From: Epithemia pelagica | Taxonomy: Eukaryota > Protista > Bacillariophyta | Assembly: GCA_946965045.2 (NCBI GenBank) | Contig: OX337242.1 | Coordinates: 1,798,001 to 1,862,000, forward strand | DNA length: 64,000 nt | Direction of reading: 5' to 3' | Part shown: piece by piece, positions 22,035-32,991 of the stretch | Layout of the letters: each line of letters begins with the position of its first letter | Numbering within the stretch: position 1 is the first letter of the stretch | Translations under genes and position numbers: made by a program | Notes under the pieces: generated by a model | Told to the model about the DNA's origin: nothing | What the model saw: only the letters and a program-made list of their open reading frames with translations | Database searches by the model: none

Positions 22035-23459
22035 ATGACACTGTTGCTTGTGTTGGTTCAGCTGCTGTTGATGGCCACGACTCTTCCAGTCACAAGTGCC
22101 ACCAGCTGTTTGGCAGGGTCGGGCAATGAAGCGGTCGGTGTGTTTGCCTTTAACGATACCACCTGTGTCGCTGGTGGAGGATGGAATGGAGGATTGGGAT
22201 GTTACACCAACAACTCGATTTGGTGTCGGTATTGTCAAAGCTTTAATACCACACAATCGCAAAATTTTATTGCCTGTCCGGCCGGCATTGGAACGACTCC
22301 TCCGCCCACTCCCTCACCGACTCCCGGGAATCCGACGCGAGCTCCCTCCGCGACACCCACCGTTAGGCCCACGACGACCACACCCGCTTCCACCACGGCC
22401 ACGACGGCCGCACCCACGGCGGCCACGAGCAACCCCACTCCGTCTCGGACCAACAGTCCGACTCTGGTGGCCACCAACCCGTCCACGACCACCACCTTGT
22501 TTTTTGATGACTTTTCGCAGGGCTTTGACTTGTCCCAATACAAGCACGAAATTACCATGGCGGGAGGAGGCAATTGGGAATTTCAAATCTACCGCAACAA
22601 TCGTACCAATTCCTACGTCAAAAATGGCATCTTGCACATTACCCCCACCTTGACGCAAGACTGGGCACCGGGTTTGGGTGCCGTGGATTTGAATGGCTTG
22701 ACGGCCGAATCCGATTGTACCTCCGCCTTTGCCTTTGGTTGTTCTCGTGCCAATGTCAATCCCATTAGTTCGGCACGAATCAATACGCGATCCTTTAGTT
22801 TTACCACGGGACGATTGGAAGTTCGGGCCAAATTGCCCCGTGGCGATTGGTTGTGGCCCGCCATTTGGTTGTTGCCCAAATACGAGCAATATGGCATGTG
22901 GCCCGTTTCGGGAGAAATTGACGTGGTGGAGTCAACGGGCAATGCGGCTGGCTATGCGACCAACCGTGGCGTCGATTCCATTCTCAGTGTGTTGCATTGG
23001 GGATTGGACTATTTTCAAAACAAAAACAACATGACCACTGCGTCCTACACACTCACTGATGGAACCGACTTTTCGCAAGCCTTTCACACCTTTGGGTTGG
23101 TCCGGACCGATACGGGCCTGTATACCTATGTGGATCAAGATAGCAATCGGGTCTTGGAGGTGGACTGGTCCAATCAAACCTTTTTTGAACGTGGTGGATG
23201 GAATGCGAGTCATTGGCACAATCCGTGGGAAGGATCCACCTCCAAGGGTGCACCCTTTGATCAAGAGTTTTTCTTGACCCTGAATGTGGCCGTGGGAGGT
23301 ATTTCCTTCTTTCCCGATAACGTGGGCAACAAACCCTGGAACAATACGAGTCCGCAGGCATCGGCGGAATTTTGGGCGGATAAAGCCACTTGGTATCCGA
23401 CCTGGCTCAACAACGATCCAACCTTTTATATTGACTGGATCAATGTCACCAGTCTGTAA
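22035..23459 (+). CDS. Secreted GH16 beta-1,3-glucanase (laminarinase/beta-GRP-like) with N-terminal Cys module and Pro/Thr linker
   Basis: Signal peptide MTLLLVLVQLLLMA; GGGNWEFQIY; SARINT; ARAKLPRGDWLWPAIWLLP-type motif (VRAKLPRGDWLWPAIWLLP); catalytic GEIDVVE intact; APFDQEFFLTLNVAVGG. Alternative start at 21951. Confidence 0.9.
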   Translation: MTLLLVLVQLLLMATTLPVTSATSCLAGSGNEAVGVFAFNDTTCVAGGGWNGGLGCYTNNSIWCRYCQSFNTTQSQNFIACPAGIGTTPPPTPSPTPGNPTRAPSATPTVRPTTTTPASTTATTAAPTAATSNPTPSRTNSPTLVATNPSTTTTLFFDDFSQGFDLSQYKHEITMAGGGNWEFQIYRNNRTNSYVKNGILHITPTLTQDWAPGLGAVDLNGLTAESDCTSAFAFGCSRANVNPISSARINTRSFSFTTGRLEVRAKLPRGDWLWPAIWLLPKYEQYGMWPVSGEIDVVESTGNAAGYATNRGVDSILSVLHWGLDYFQNKNNMTTASYTLTDGTDFSQAFHTFGLVRTDTGLYTYVDQDSNRVLEVDWSNQTFFERGGWNASHWHNPWEGSTSKGAPFDQEFFLTLNVAVGGISFFPDNVGNKPWNNTSPQASAEFWADKATWYPTWLNNDPTFYIDWINVTSL

Positions 23460-23805
23460 GAATCGCGTCAACGCATGGCAGACGACACCGACGAGGAGGT
23501 TTGGTATTCCGGTACCACGAATGCCACATGGACGACCAGCGTCCCACGAAACTGCTGGGTCCTTTTCGAAAAACATGCTAGCGGTAACAACTAGTTTAGA
23601 GAGGGGTATCTATTATTTGGGGCACAGACTCCAATGTGCTACTGCGACACAAGAGTGTTTGCCTCATAGAAGATGTACACGCCACCTGTAACGTATAGTC
23701 CACAGGACAGAATGGTTGATTTGTTTTTCTTTGGTGGCAAGCTTCAACCATGACACTGAGGAACTACCAAACCATTCCCCTCCTCTTGTGTCATGGCGCT
23801 CGCTG

Positions 23806-25994
23806 TTACTTTTGTTGATATTGTTCATAGGCCGAAACCACGCCTAGTTTTTCGCCCGAACAGAGACGGCGCATTTCCACCACAACGTCAATCCATTCCG
23901 GCAGGGACACACCGGCGGACAAGAACAGGTAATTGTCAAAGAGTTCTGTATTGGCGGGCATGGATTGTCCAATCGTTCCGGTACAACCCTGTTCGACCCA
24001 TTGATTCCGATACAAATTGGGATTGTAAAATTCCTTGCGAAATTCACGAGGCACCCGTGTCAAGGGTGCCGTTTGTTCCGTCACGGGCAAGACATTGCCC
24101 GTTTGGTAGGTTCCATTGCAGCCATGATTGAGAAAGGTAAAAATACCGGGGTCGACCACGACGGCCTTTTCTCCGTAATAAAAGGTGCCCATGCCATAGC
24201 CGTTGGAATATTGTTCCAAAATTTCAAAATAATCCTCGCAGTCTTCCAAATTCACCATTTCGTCAATGACTTTGAGAGTGTGGGGCATTATGAGCATGGC
24301 ATGCACACCATCGTTCACGCCCATGTAGGCATTGCCGACAATGTCTTGTTTGGTAAAGACGCCTCGACCGCAAGCGGGGTTGGTGGCGGGTCGAATTTCA
24401 AACAAGGATGTGACGAGATTGGGTAGGTCGGGATCCAAACCATGCATGTCACACGTTTCGCCATCATGCTGGTGAATGGTTTGACAATACCAAAATTCCA
24501 TGCGTCGGGAAGGAACCTGATACAAGGCCATGGTAGCTCCATCCATCAGGATCGTATTCGCGTCGTCGTTGTCATCGTCTGTGGTTGTTTTCGCAGGGTC
24601 CGCCTGGTCGAGCGAATTGGTTTGATGACGGGGTGTCGGACGGATCCGACGCGCCAGTTCCAAATCGACCAGAGCTTCACTGGCCAGCCACTGCGATACT
24701 TCTTGTCGATGTTTGGTGGCCATATAAAAGTACGTGGGAGCCACCCGTCCATGACGGGGTTGTCGACGACACGCCGGACTGTCATTGACATAATCTCGAA
24801 AGGCAAACCAACCACCAGCCTTTTCTAAAGTGGTAATCATTTGATAATACCTGGAATCCATGCCCAATTCTTGTTCCCCATCGGCCAAGACACCTCCCAA
24901 GACACCATGATCTGTCAAGGCATTCGACAAGGCTCGACCCATTTGCTTCCAGCTCCACAAATTGTGATTGAGAGACAAGTGGTGGGAATTGCTGGGATAT
25001 ATGAAGAACAAGAATAAGAACAAGCACAACAACATGAGGGGAAAACAAGCAGCAAGGAGCAGCAACCGGTTTCCAAAGAAACGCGAACAGTATGAGAGAA
25101 AAGCCTGCTCCCTTGTTTTTTTGAATGGGTTCGAGGAGTCAATCGCAGAGTGGTTCGTTCACAAGGAGCAGATTGTTCCTGTTTCTGATTTTGTTATGGA
25201 CGTCACAAGAAACAGCACACACACACACACAAGACAACACACACGCCTATATTCTCACGAGCCATGACTTACAAGGGGGAATGAATCAAAATCACATCAA
25301 AAGGATCTTCTTCCTCATCGTCGTCTTCTTCCTCCTCCTCCTCTCGGCTCTCTTTTGCATATTCCAGAATCTCCTGCAAGACAGCTTCGTCCTCTTTCTC
25401 CTGAGCGTCCTCGTCTTCATCTTCGTCGTTGTCTTGTTGTTTGAGGGGAGGGTCCTCGTCGTCTCCATATGTGTCGAGAATGGCTTTCAAGACATCGCGA
25501 TGATAGTGCACCGTCGTGGTAGCACGTTCGTCCTTGTGTTTCGTTGACAACGTTGTTGTTTTTGTGGGTTGTGGCGCTTCGGTCCAAATCACCACTTCTT
25601 GCACTGTTTTGTGTTGCCGAATCGAGTCCACAACATGTTGAGAGACGGACAAGGAATTGTGAAAGCGATCCATCAACACCAGGACACGACGTGGATGCGA
25701 ATGTGCCAACAATACGGGATGAACCAAGGCTTGCCAACACAAGGAGGCCGAAAAGGACGACGATGACGAAGAACTTGTGGTCCACCACGGTGATGAAGTT
25801 GTTGTTGTTTTGGTGGTTTGAGACGATGTATGGGAATTGGAGACTGAGGTGGACGACTCCTCCACACGACTGTCGTCGATTCGAAGAAGATAGGGCCTTG
25901 CAATGCGTCCGCATTGATAGGATAACAGGGCTACAACGACCAGACTTGTCAGGACGACAAGCAGCCATGGAGCATGTATCCGAACCAGTGTCAT
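23806..25994 (-). CDS. Membrane-anchored degenerate aminopropyltransferase (spermidine-synthase-like) + SET-domain fusion (~635 aa, 2 exons)
   Basis: Exons 25994-25273 and 24991-23806 (GT-AG intron of 281 nt; 1908 nt = 636 codons). TM LLVVLTSLVVVALLSY; QALVHPVLLAHSHPRRVLVL; QHKTVQEVV; FDVILI; SET motifs GRGVFTKQDI, FLNHGCNG and ELFDNY. Confidence 0.75.
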
Positions 25995-26203
25995 GATGAT
26001 GATTAAAGATGGTGGCAGTTTTGTGAGGAGAAGGTGTCAAGTGACTGTCGAGACCCACCAACGGCGAAAGAGAAACCAACAATGGGATCTTGTCAAATTA
26101 TGGATCGTGGATTCTTGTCTTCTTCTCTTTATGATCTCTTGTTCTTTCGTTGGTTCATCTTGCATCCATTGTTGTTGTTGGTTGTGGATTGGGTCCGTTG
26201 GGT

Positions 26204-29200
26204 ATAGGTTTCAAATTTCATCGTCGAAGTTTCTCCGCCTAAACTTCGGCACCTAAGTTTCTCCGAAGTTTCATGACGCTGCTTTGGCCTTACCGAAGTT
26301 TCGGGTGGCCCTTTAAATATTTAGCCTATGTATTGAATCCTGTCTGTGAACGTTGGTGTCAACGTCCATATCTTCCGAGTGATCTTTCGTGTAGATGTCC
26401 ATTCTGCCGACTGCCGACCAAACATGATCTGCCATCTCGAATCGACAGGAACCATGTACCATGTACCCGCCTCCCGCCTCCATCTTCATCCAACAACCAA
26501 ACAAAAGTCGTGATTGCTGCTGTGGTGAAGCATTGATAACAATGGACAACCTTACAGCGGTTGAGCAAGACGTTGGTACCTCCCCGGCATTTGCCAACAT
26601 ATCTCCATTGACAGAGGACCAGCAGCAGATGTTGGAGGCCCAGACGAACCAGAACGATGTCGACGAGGTGGTTGCGGAGGATGTCGAAGAAGTGGCAGAA
26701 GGGCAAGTGCTGGTGAGAACAAAGCGAAAGGCCAATCCTCCGAAGAAGAAGGCTAACGAATTCATCCGAGAGCAGTTCAACATTGGACCAGATCCCAACC
26801 GACAGGGATATCTGGCCATTGTTTGCGTCCACTGCAAAGAGTTCCGATCCTGGAAAACATTCAACGCGAGTGTAGCCTCCAACCACATTATCCACAAGTG
26901 TCGGAAAGTTCCTGCAACTATCAAGAACAGTTGTGAAGACTCGACACAAGCTTCAAAGCGGGCCAAGAAACAACTCGGGCTGATTGTTGGTGGTCCATTG
27001 AGTCAAGAGTCGTCGGCTTCTGTCAGCAACAGCAGCAGCAGTGGTGACAATCTTGTCAGCAATGGTAGTAGTTCCCGTAAGGCTCCATCCACCATCACCA
27101 CCAAGAAGCAGTCTTCGTCCCAATCCTCGATGCTACAGTTTGGGCACATTGTCAACGAGGTGACTGCCAACAAGGCAATCACCAAGTCCGTCGAAACGAT
27201 GCTTGCACGGTTTGAACCACTCAACAGGGTCAGTGACCCCTTCTTCCAGGACGAGATGGCGTCGCGTTGGGGAAAGGCTATTCTACGATACCTTCCCAAC
27301 CATCAAAATACTGTATACAAGCGATTTGTTGTCCCCATTGATAGAAACTGTCGTACGGAGCTGAAGCAAATGTTGGACAAGATTCAGGGTGGACTTACCA
27401 TTGCTGCTGATGGTGTGACAGCAAATGGTACGAGTACCATCCTGTACACAGTCTCCAAGGGCCCAGTCACTATGTTCTGTAGAGCCACAAGACTTTGTAA
27501 CGAAGCACATGTTACTGGTGCAGAGGTGGAGGACATGGTGGATTTTATGGAGGCAGCACGTCGCAACTTTGATACATCAGTGGTTTGTGTTGCTTGTGAC
27601 AACGCACCAACAATACTGTTAAAGGAGCATGTGAGAAGTACAGAGAACGCAACAAATCAGAACCTAGTATTCTCCACAACCGAGACTGTGCACACTGCAT
27701 TGATCTTGTGGCCAAAGATCTGGCAAAAGTTCCATGCATTGAGTCAGTTCTGACCGATGCTCAGTTACTCATGGAGTTTTCCACAACAGACAACATCGAT
27801 GGCATCCGGCACCAGCTTGTGCATACTGGAGAGCTCCCTCGGTCATGTGGTCATGTGACCAATTACTCCGACACCAGATTCAACAAAGTTGGCATGACAC
27901 TCATGTCCATAACCAAACAGAAGGAGTTCTACGAGTGGTGCTGTAACAATCCACCTATGTTCATGCAGTACTATAATACGCGGAACAAGAAGCGTCAGGA
28001 GAAGCTTGATGCTGCTCTCCGATTGGTCAATCGTGATTTCTGGGCCAAGCTTCATGTCCTGATTCAACTTTTCCAAGTCATTGAACATGGAACAAAGCTG
28101 GTATCAAGTGAAAAATTCCCACTGTCAGCATACTACCCACTGGTTGTGGCAATGAGGAACGAGATTCACCAAGTCATGAAGAACAGTAGTGGAACACGAT
28201 CTTTTGATTCTCTGTTTGCAGTGCCTGGGGCATCGGAATCTGTTTTTGACAGTATTGATGTCCGCTTCAACTTCACTGGTGTCCAACCCAATGGAAGGAA
28301 AGTTGGGCTACTTGACAAGTACCATGTGTGGGCCTATATTGTTGACCCATTCCGCCCAATGATCCCATTCCGTCCGTTGCTTCCCTCCCTTGCTCGTTCT
28401 GTCCGAGAAGCAATCGACTTCTTTGTCCACGAGGATGACTCAGCAACTCCAACAAACTCAGCAACTCCACCTCCAGCTCCAGGTCCATCTCACTACAACC
28501 CTAACTATGACTATGGAGATGAAGATATTGCTGAAGTTCAACGAGCAATCCGTGAAATTGAGCAAGAATTGGAACCACCACAGAGCAACAAGACCGTTGT
28601 CGACAGGGAGCTTCGGTCGTACCTAGGTCATTCAGGAGACTGGATTGACCTGTTCCAAAAAGAAAAGGTGCGGCCATCTATGGACCAGAATGCAGAAGAG
28701 CGTAAGCTTACCATTTCCATGGTTACCAAATGGCTCGAAGACACGGGATGGTATCAAGGACGGATGGAATTCTTCAGCATAGCACCATCTACAAAGGTGT
28801 TTCCATTGCTGATTGAACCACTCCTATCTGTCAGGGCAACAGGGTCAATTTGCGTAGAGAGAGTTGCTAAACCTCTCAAAAATAATATTTGGAATAAACT
28901 TCGTGCGTTGCTGGGCCAGGACAAGGCTGAGGTTTGCCTCAGGGTTGGGCTCAACCTACGGTATCTGCTGAACGTGCGGTCAACCATCCGCCAAGCAACC
29001 CATGAGCAATACCTTGATTGTGATCTCTTTGGATCTGTGTAAGTCAATCAATGGTTTACCTTTGATAACAACGAGGACCTGTTGTGTTGTTGGTCTTTAT
29101 TACGTCTTACAAAAAAATGAGGGAAGGAGCCATTTTTCATAGCTACCTAAACTACCTTAACTTCAAAACCTAAGTTTCACCTAAATTTCTTTAGAAACTA

Positions 29201-29235
29201 CACAAAAAATCTGAGTACCTAAGTTTGAAAGCTAT
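26204..29235 (+). mobile_element. hAT-type DNA transposon, 3032 bp, 15-bp imperfect TIR, 10-bp TSD
   Basis: TIR ATAGGTTTCAAATTT / ATAGCTTTCAAACTT (13/15 match). Flanking direct repeat TCCGTTGGGT at 26194-26203 and 29236-29245. Subterminal CC(T/G)AAGTTT(C) motifs repeated at both ends. Internal transposase. Confidence 0.85.
26542..29042 (+). pseudogene. BED-finger / DUF659 / hAT-dimerisation transposase, ~833 aa after restoring one base near 27607
   Basis: CVHC...HIIHKC (BED-like), TIAADGV (D1), VACDNA (D2), then the other frame continues NNTVKGACEKY...RDCAHCIDLVAKDL (CxxH), DTRF, YIVDPF, LLSVRATGSICVERVAK (E). A single -1 frameshift joins ORFs 26461-27753 and 27708-29042. Confidence 0.85.
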
Positions 29236-30360
29236 TCCGTTGGGTGTGTGTCGGTCCATTTTGTGTCGCGCACGCCTTGCGTGCGCGTGCGCCTTCGAGG
29301 TGCGCGGGACGGCATGCTTCTTTGAAGGCGACTGGAGGTCGCGCTTAGATAGCTTTTTGATACACGCTTCTGGAGCGAGTCCTCGCACGTGCCAGGTGCC
29401 CTTCTGTTAAGCAATTATTACGAGGAGCTCTATGTATTTTTCCAACGGAGACATTTGGTCTTGATCCGTAATGTAGTTCTAGCCTTTGGGGGATAACGTT
29501 GGGAGAGCTTGAAAGTTTTTCAAGTGCAATGGGAGTGTGTGCCCCATTATGGGTCCTCCGTACCATTTTTCTGAGAGAGGAAGAGCAACGTTCCACACAA
29601 CATACCAAGCGCCAACTTCCGGCAGTATATCTCGTCTCGTTGTTGTCGTTCCGACCAAACAACCCTCCGAGACACTCACTTCCTCTTACGAATTGAGCTT
29701 ATTGTTCTGAAACACATAATACACCCTTCTGCGTGCCGGACGCACTTTTCCCAGTGGTAGACGTGCGTATGCCTTTCTCTGGCTCACATTCTTCCAAGAG
29801 CGCGTTTGTGTGTGCAATTCCCGTTGAAGTGTTGATTGGGTCTGTCTGTTGGACCATAGCTCACCTCATTCTGGCAGGTCAACTTGACTGGTGAGAAGAA
29901 GTGAGGGGAAAATCATTCTTGGAGAAGGAGGGAACGACAGTTTCTTCAAGGCAGAACGACCACAAACTTGTTGGTGTGGCACAGTTCGAGAAACTCCTGC
30001 TGTCTTCTCCTACTACACTACACGGAAACGAAACAACAACCACACCACCAAAAACAACGATAGAAACACTCGCCTTCTCGCAGGAAAGAGCGCATTTCGA
30101 ACGATTGGGACAGCGCACCGTCGTCTCTCTTCTAGAGGCTTCTTTTGTGTGGGTGTGGGTGTGATTTGGCAAGAGGAGGATGAAGGCCACGTTGTGAGGT
30201 GGAACTTGAGAGAGACATACTCCCCATCCAACAACCACCAGTGGCCTTCAAGAGAGTGCTCGCGCAAGAGACAGTTCGTGTTTTGTTTTGCCTCACGAGG
30301 AATCTCAGTCAGCTTTTGGAGAATCCTTTGCACACGCAACAACACTATTCGTATTCGAAT

Positions 30361-32991
30361 ATGCGCATGTCAAAGTCCAGAGGCATTGACGAACAACAAC
30401 AACAACAAGGTCTTGGGTCTGGGTCCAGTCGATCTGTTTCACGCATGGCTGGTGTCCAGGTCCAGCCGGGTGTATCACCCAACAAGAACAAAAGGGCCAA
30501 AAAGATTTCTTCCTTTTGGTCGCTCCCCATACGAATCCTCCTTCTCTTTGTCGTTTTGTATCTCCTCCTAGTAGCTCAAGTCCAATGGAAGTATGATTTG
30601 CTTTCCTCCAGTCATGCGACTCCGTCGCATCACCAGCAGGGAGGAGGAGCAGGAGCAGGAGCAGTCATGGAACAATATCTCTCCTCCTTTGAGACCACCA
30701 CCAAGAATATCCCAAGCAGGGAGGACGGGAAACCATCCTCCCTCGTTCCGGATCAACCGGACCACCCCCAACCCATTACGCCCATTATCCAGAACAACCT
30801 CAAGCACAATCACAACGACATTCGTGAATCCACATCACCACGATTACCAAACTCACAACAACAACAACAACAAACTACCTTGACGAATCCTCCAAAGTCT
30901 CTGCTCCACGCAGGGGACCATGATCCACCTGATCCTCCTCTCTCGTCCATCCAGAACCGCGAGGAAAAGAAACACAGAGGCTATGAAGTATCCTTGATTT
31001 GTCCAGCCTGTCGTCATGTCCAAATCAACCGTCATGACACGTGTGGTGACAAGGTGGACCAAGTTCTTTCCTCCAAGTCCATGGATATTGCTGCCGTGGG
31101 CGACGACGATTCCAACCAGACGAACCTTTCCACTGCAGAGGACAGAATGTTGATGCGAGCACTCATTCAGGTCAGTCAACGGTATCCGGACTCATGCGCT
31201 CCGTGTCATCCCACTGCCTGTTCCCACCACCCTAGTCGAGAGATGAATCACACCACCACCGCCACCACACATGATTCCTCCAGTGGGACGTTGCGAGGCC
31301 AGTTCTCCTACACCAAATATTGGTACTTTGATCGTGCGGCTCCCACGGTGAAGGAAGGTGTCACTCATTACTTATCCTCCATTTCCTCTTCGGCCCGAGT
31401 GCCCAATGACGTATCAACCTTGTTGCACGAGACCAATGTCACACAAATCCTCCTGGACAAGTGGAACAATGGGAAACGGACAGACTTGTTCTGGGAATAC
31501 AATCCCACCATTGCCGTCTTGCCATTGTCGTGGCGGACCAAACTCCAAAAGCAAATGGAGCAAGTATGGCCAACGACGGGAAACTCAACGAATGATCCAG
31601 TCTACGTGGCCTCCTTTCGAGTATCGAGCAATCATGGGTGTTATCCATGGGAAACAGTAACGCAACACCTTCCCGGTGCTCAAGTCAATCTCATGAAGGA
31701 TCAAAATTATCTCGGATTGGCCTTGTTGCGACACGATTTGACCATGATTCCTCAAACGGACCTGGTGGTAGATGCGGAAACACAATTGGGTGTGTCACGC
31801 AAACCTGGTCTGGGACAACACTTTGTGGACTACCGATTGTTTGGGTTCAATGACAAGATTTACATGAACATTAATGGAAGCCCCGTCTATTGGGTCTCGT
31901 TGCAGCTCGATATTCTAGCCAATCCTCCAACAACACAAGAACCACCACCACCATTCATGTCCAAACAAGAATTGTTTCACCACGACGGTTCGAAAGATGG
32001 ACCCATTCGCTTCCGCAACAAATTTGGTTCCGACCACCTACAAGTCAGTTTTGAAGAAGCACCGAAAACCATTTTTGGCTTGTACAAGGGCAAAAACTTT
32101 GCCATTTTTCAGCCACCGCATTTGCAATCCAGTGGGGCCTTGGTAGCCGAAGTCAATGTGTACCGTACTCGGCAAACGGTCGAGTTTCAACCTCATGGCA
32201 TGCATGTCTTGTCGCATTGCCAAGTCAATCAACATGTCTTGCCACCCAACCGGGCACCGTCCAACTGTACCTTCGACGAGAACAACCAGTCGGTGCAAGA
32301 GCAACAAGAACGGCTCACCAAGGTTTTGGTCGACAGGAGTGTACCTGTTTATAGCATTTACCGACGTGAGGTGGCCGTGGCAAAGAATGGAACCCTGGCA
32401 AGCACGGACGAACCTCCACCACCCACCTTTGCCACGATTGATGAATTGTGGTTTGCGCAACCCGTATTCAAATCCGTGCCCCATGGAGGAGCCTGTTGCG
32501 CCCACGTGGACCTTTCATCGACGGAAACCAGCAGAAGCAACAACCCTCCCAACACGGCATTCCAGGGAGACAGGGTCCTGGTGGGGATCGGTCATACCAA
32601 GATTCCCTATCGAAAAATAGGGAATACGCCCGAAATGAAACAACGAGCCAAAGACATACCCCACCATCAATACGTGTCCTTCTTTTACGCCTTTGATCCA
32701 ACTCCGCCCTATCGCATCGTGGCACGGTCCGGATTGTTCTGTCTCCCCTTTGCCAGTCAATCCGAACAAGAAGAAGTGAATGCGTACCATGCTTTGACAC
32801 GTGTGCGACCCTTGACGCTCAAGCAGCATGCCTTTGAGTGCCCGCAGATTTCCTTTGTGAGTAGCATTATTGATCATGGGACGGATCCGGAAAACAAAGT
32901 CATTTTGTCGTACGGAATCAACGATTGTACGCCTCGAATGGTGGTGATGGAGAAACAAGAAATTGTTCGATTTCTGTTTTTGAAGGATTGA
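30361..32991 (+). CDS. Type II membrane protein with a C-terminal GT91/GH130-like five-bladed beta-propeller-type region (uncharacterised)
   Basis: TM ILLLFVVLYLLLVAQV; Cys module CPAC...TCG...CAPCHPTAC; C-terminal DYRLF, GKNFAIF, HGGACC, LVGIGHTK, YVSFFYAFDPTPPYRIVARSGLFC, LSYGINDC. Likely ATG at 30361. Family assignment is by resemblance only. Confidence 0.5.
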   Translation: MRMSKSRGIDEQQQQQGLGSGSSRSVSRMAGVQVQPGVSPNKNKRAKKISSFWSLPIRILLLFVVLYLLLVAQVQWKYDLLSSSHATPSHHQQGGGAGAGAVMEQYLSSFETTTKNIPSREDGKPSSLVPDQPDHPQPITPIIQNNLKHNHNDIRESTSPRLPNSQQQQQQTTLTNPPKSLLHAGDHDPPDPPLSSIQNREEKKHRGYEVSLICPACRHVQINRHDTCGDKVDQVLSSKSMDIAAVGDDDSNQTNLSTAEDRMLMRALIQVSQRYPDSCAPCHPTACSHHPSREMNHTTTATTHDSSSGTLRGQFSYTKYWYFDRAAPTVKEGVTHYLSSISSSARVPNDVSTLLHETNVTQILLDKWNNGKRTDLFWEYNPTIAVLPLSWRTKLQKQMEQVWPTTGNSTNDPVYVASFRVSSNHGCYPWETVTQHLPGAQVNLMKDQNYLGLALLRHDLTMIPQTDLVVDAETQLGVSRKPGLGQHFVDYRLFGFNDKIYMNINGSPVYWVSLQLDILANPPTTQEPPPPFMSKQELFHHDGSKDGPIRFRNKFGSDHLQVSFEEAPKTIFGLYKGKNFAIFQPPHLQSSGALVAEVNVYRTRQTVEFQPHGMHVLSHCQVNQHVLPPNRAPSNCTFDENNQSVQEQQERLTKVLVDRSVPVYSIYRREVAVAKNGTLASTDEPPPPTFATIDELWFAQPVFKSVPHGGACCAHVDLSSTETSRSNNPPNTAFQGDRVLVGIGHTKIPYRKIGNTPEMKQRAKDIPHHQYVSFFYAFDPTPPYRIVARSGLFCLPFASQSEQEEVNAYHALTRVRPLTLKQHAFECPQISFVSSIIDHGTDPENKVILSYGINDCTPRMVVMEKQEIVRFLFLKD

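Noticed and set aside
29328-29350. Helitron 3' end (hairpin + CTRR)
   Set aside because: The hairpin is followed by CTTAG rather than CTRR at an A|T site, and no 5' TC end or RepHel ORF was identified.
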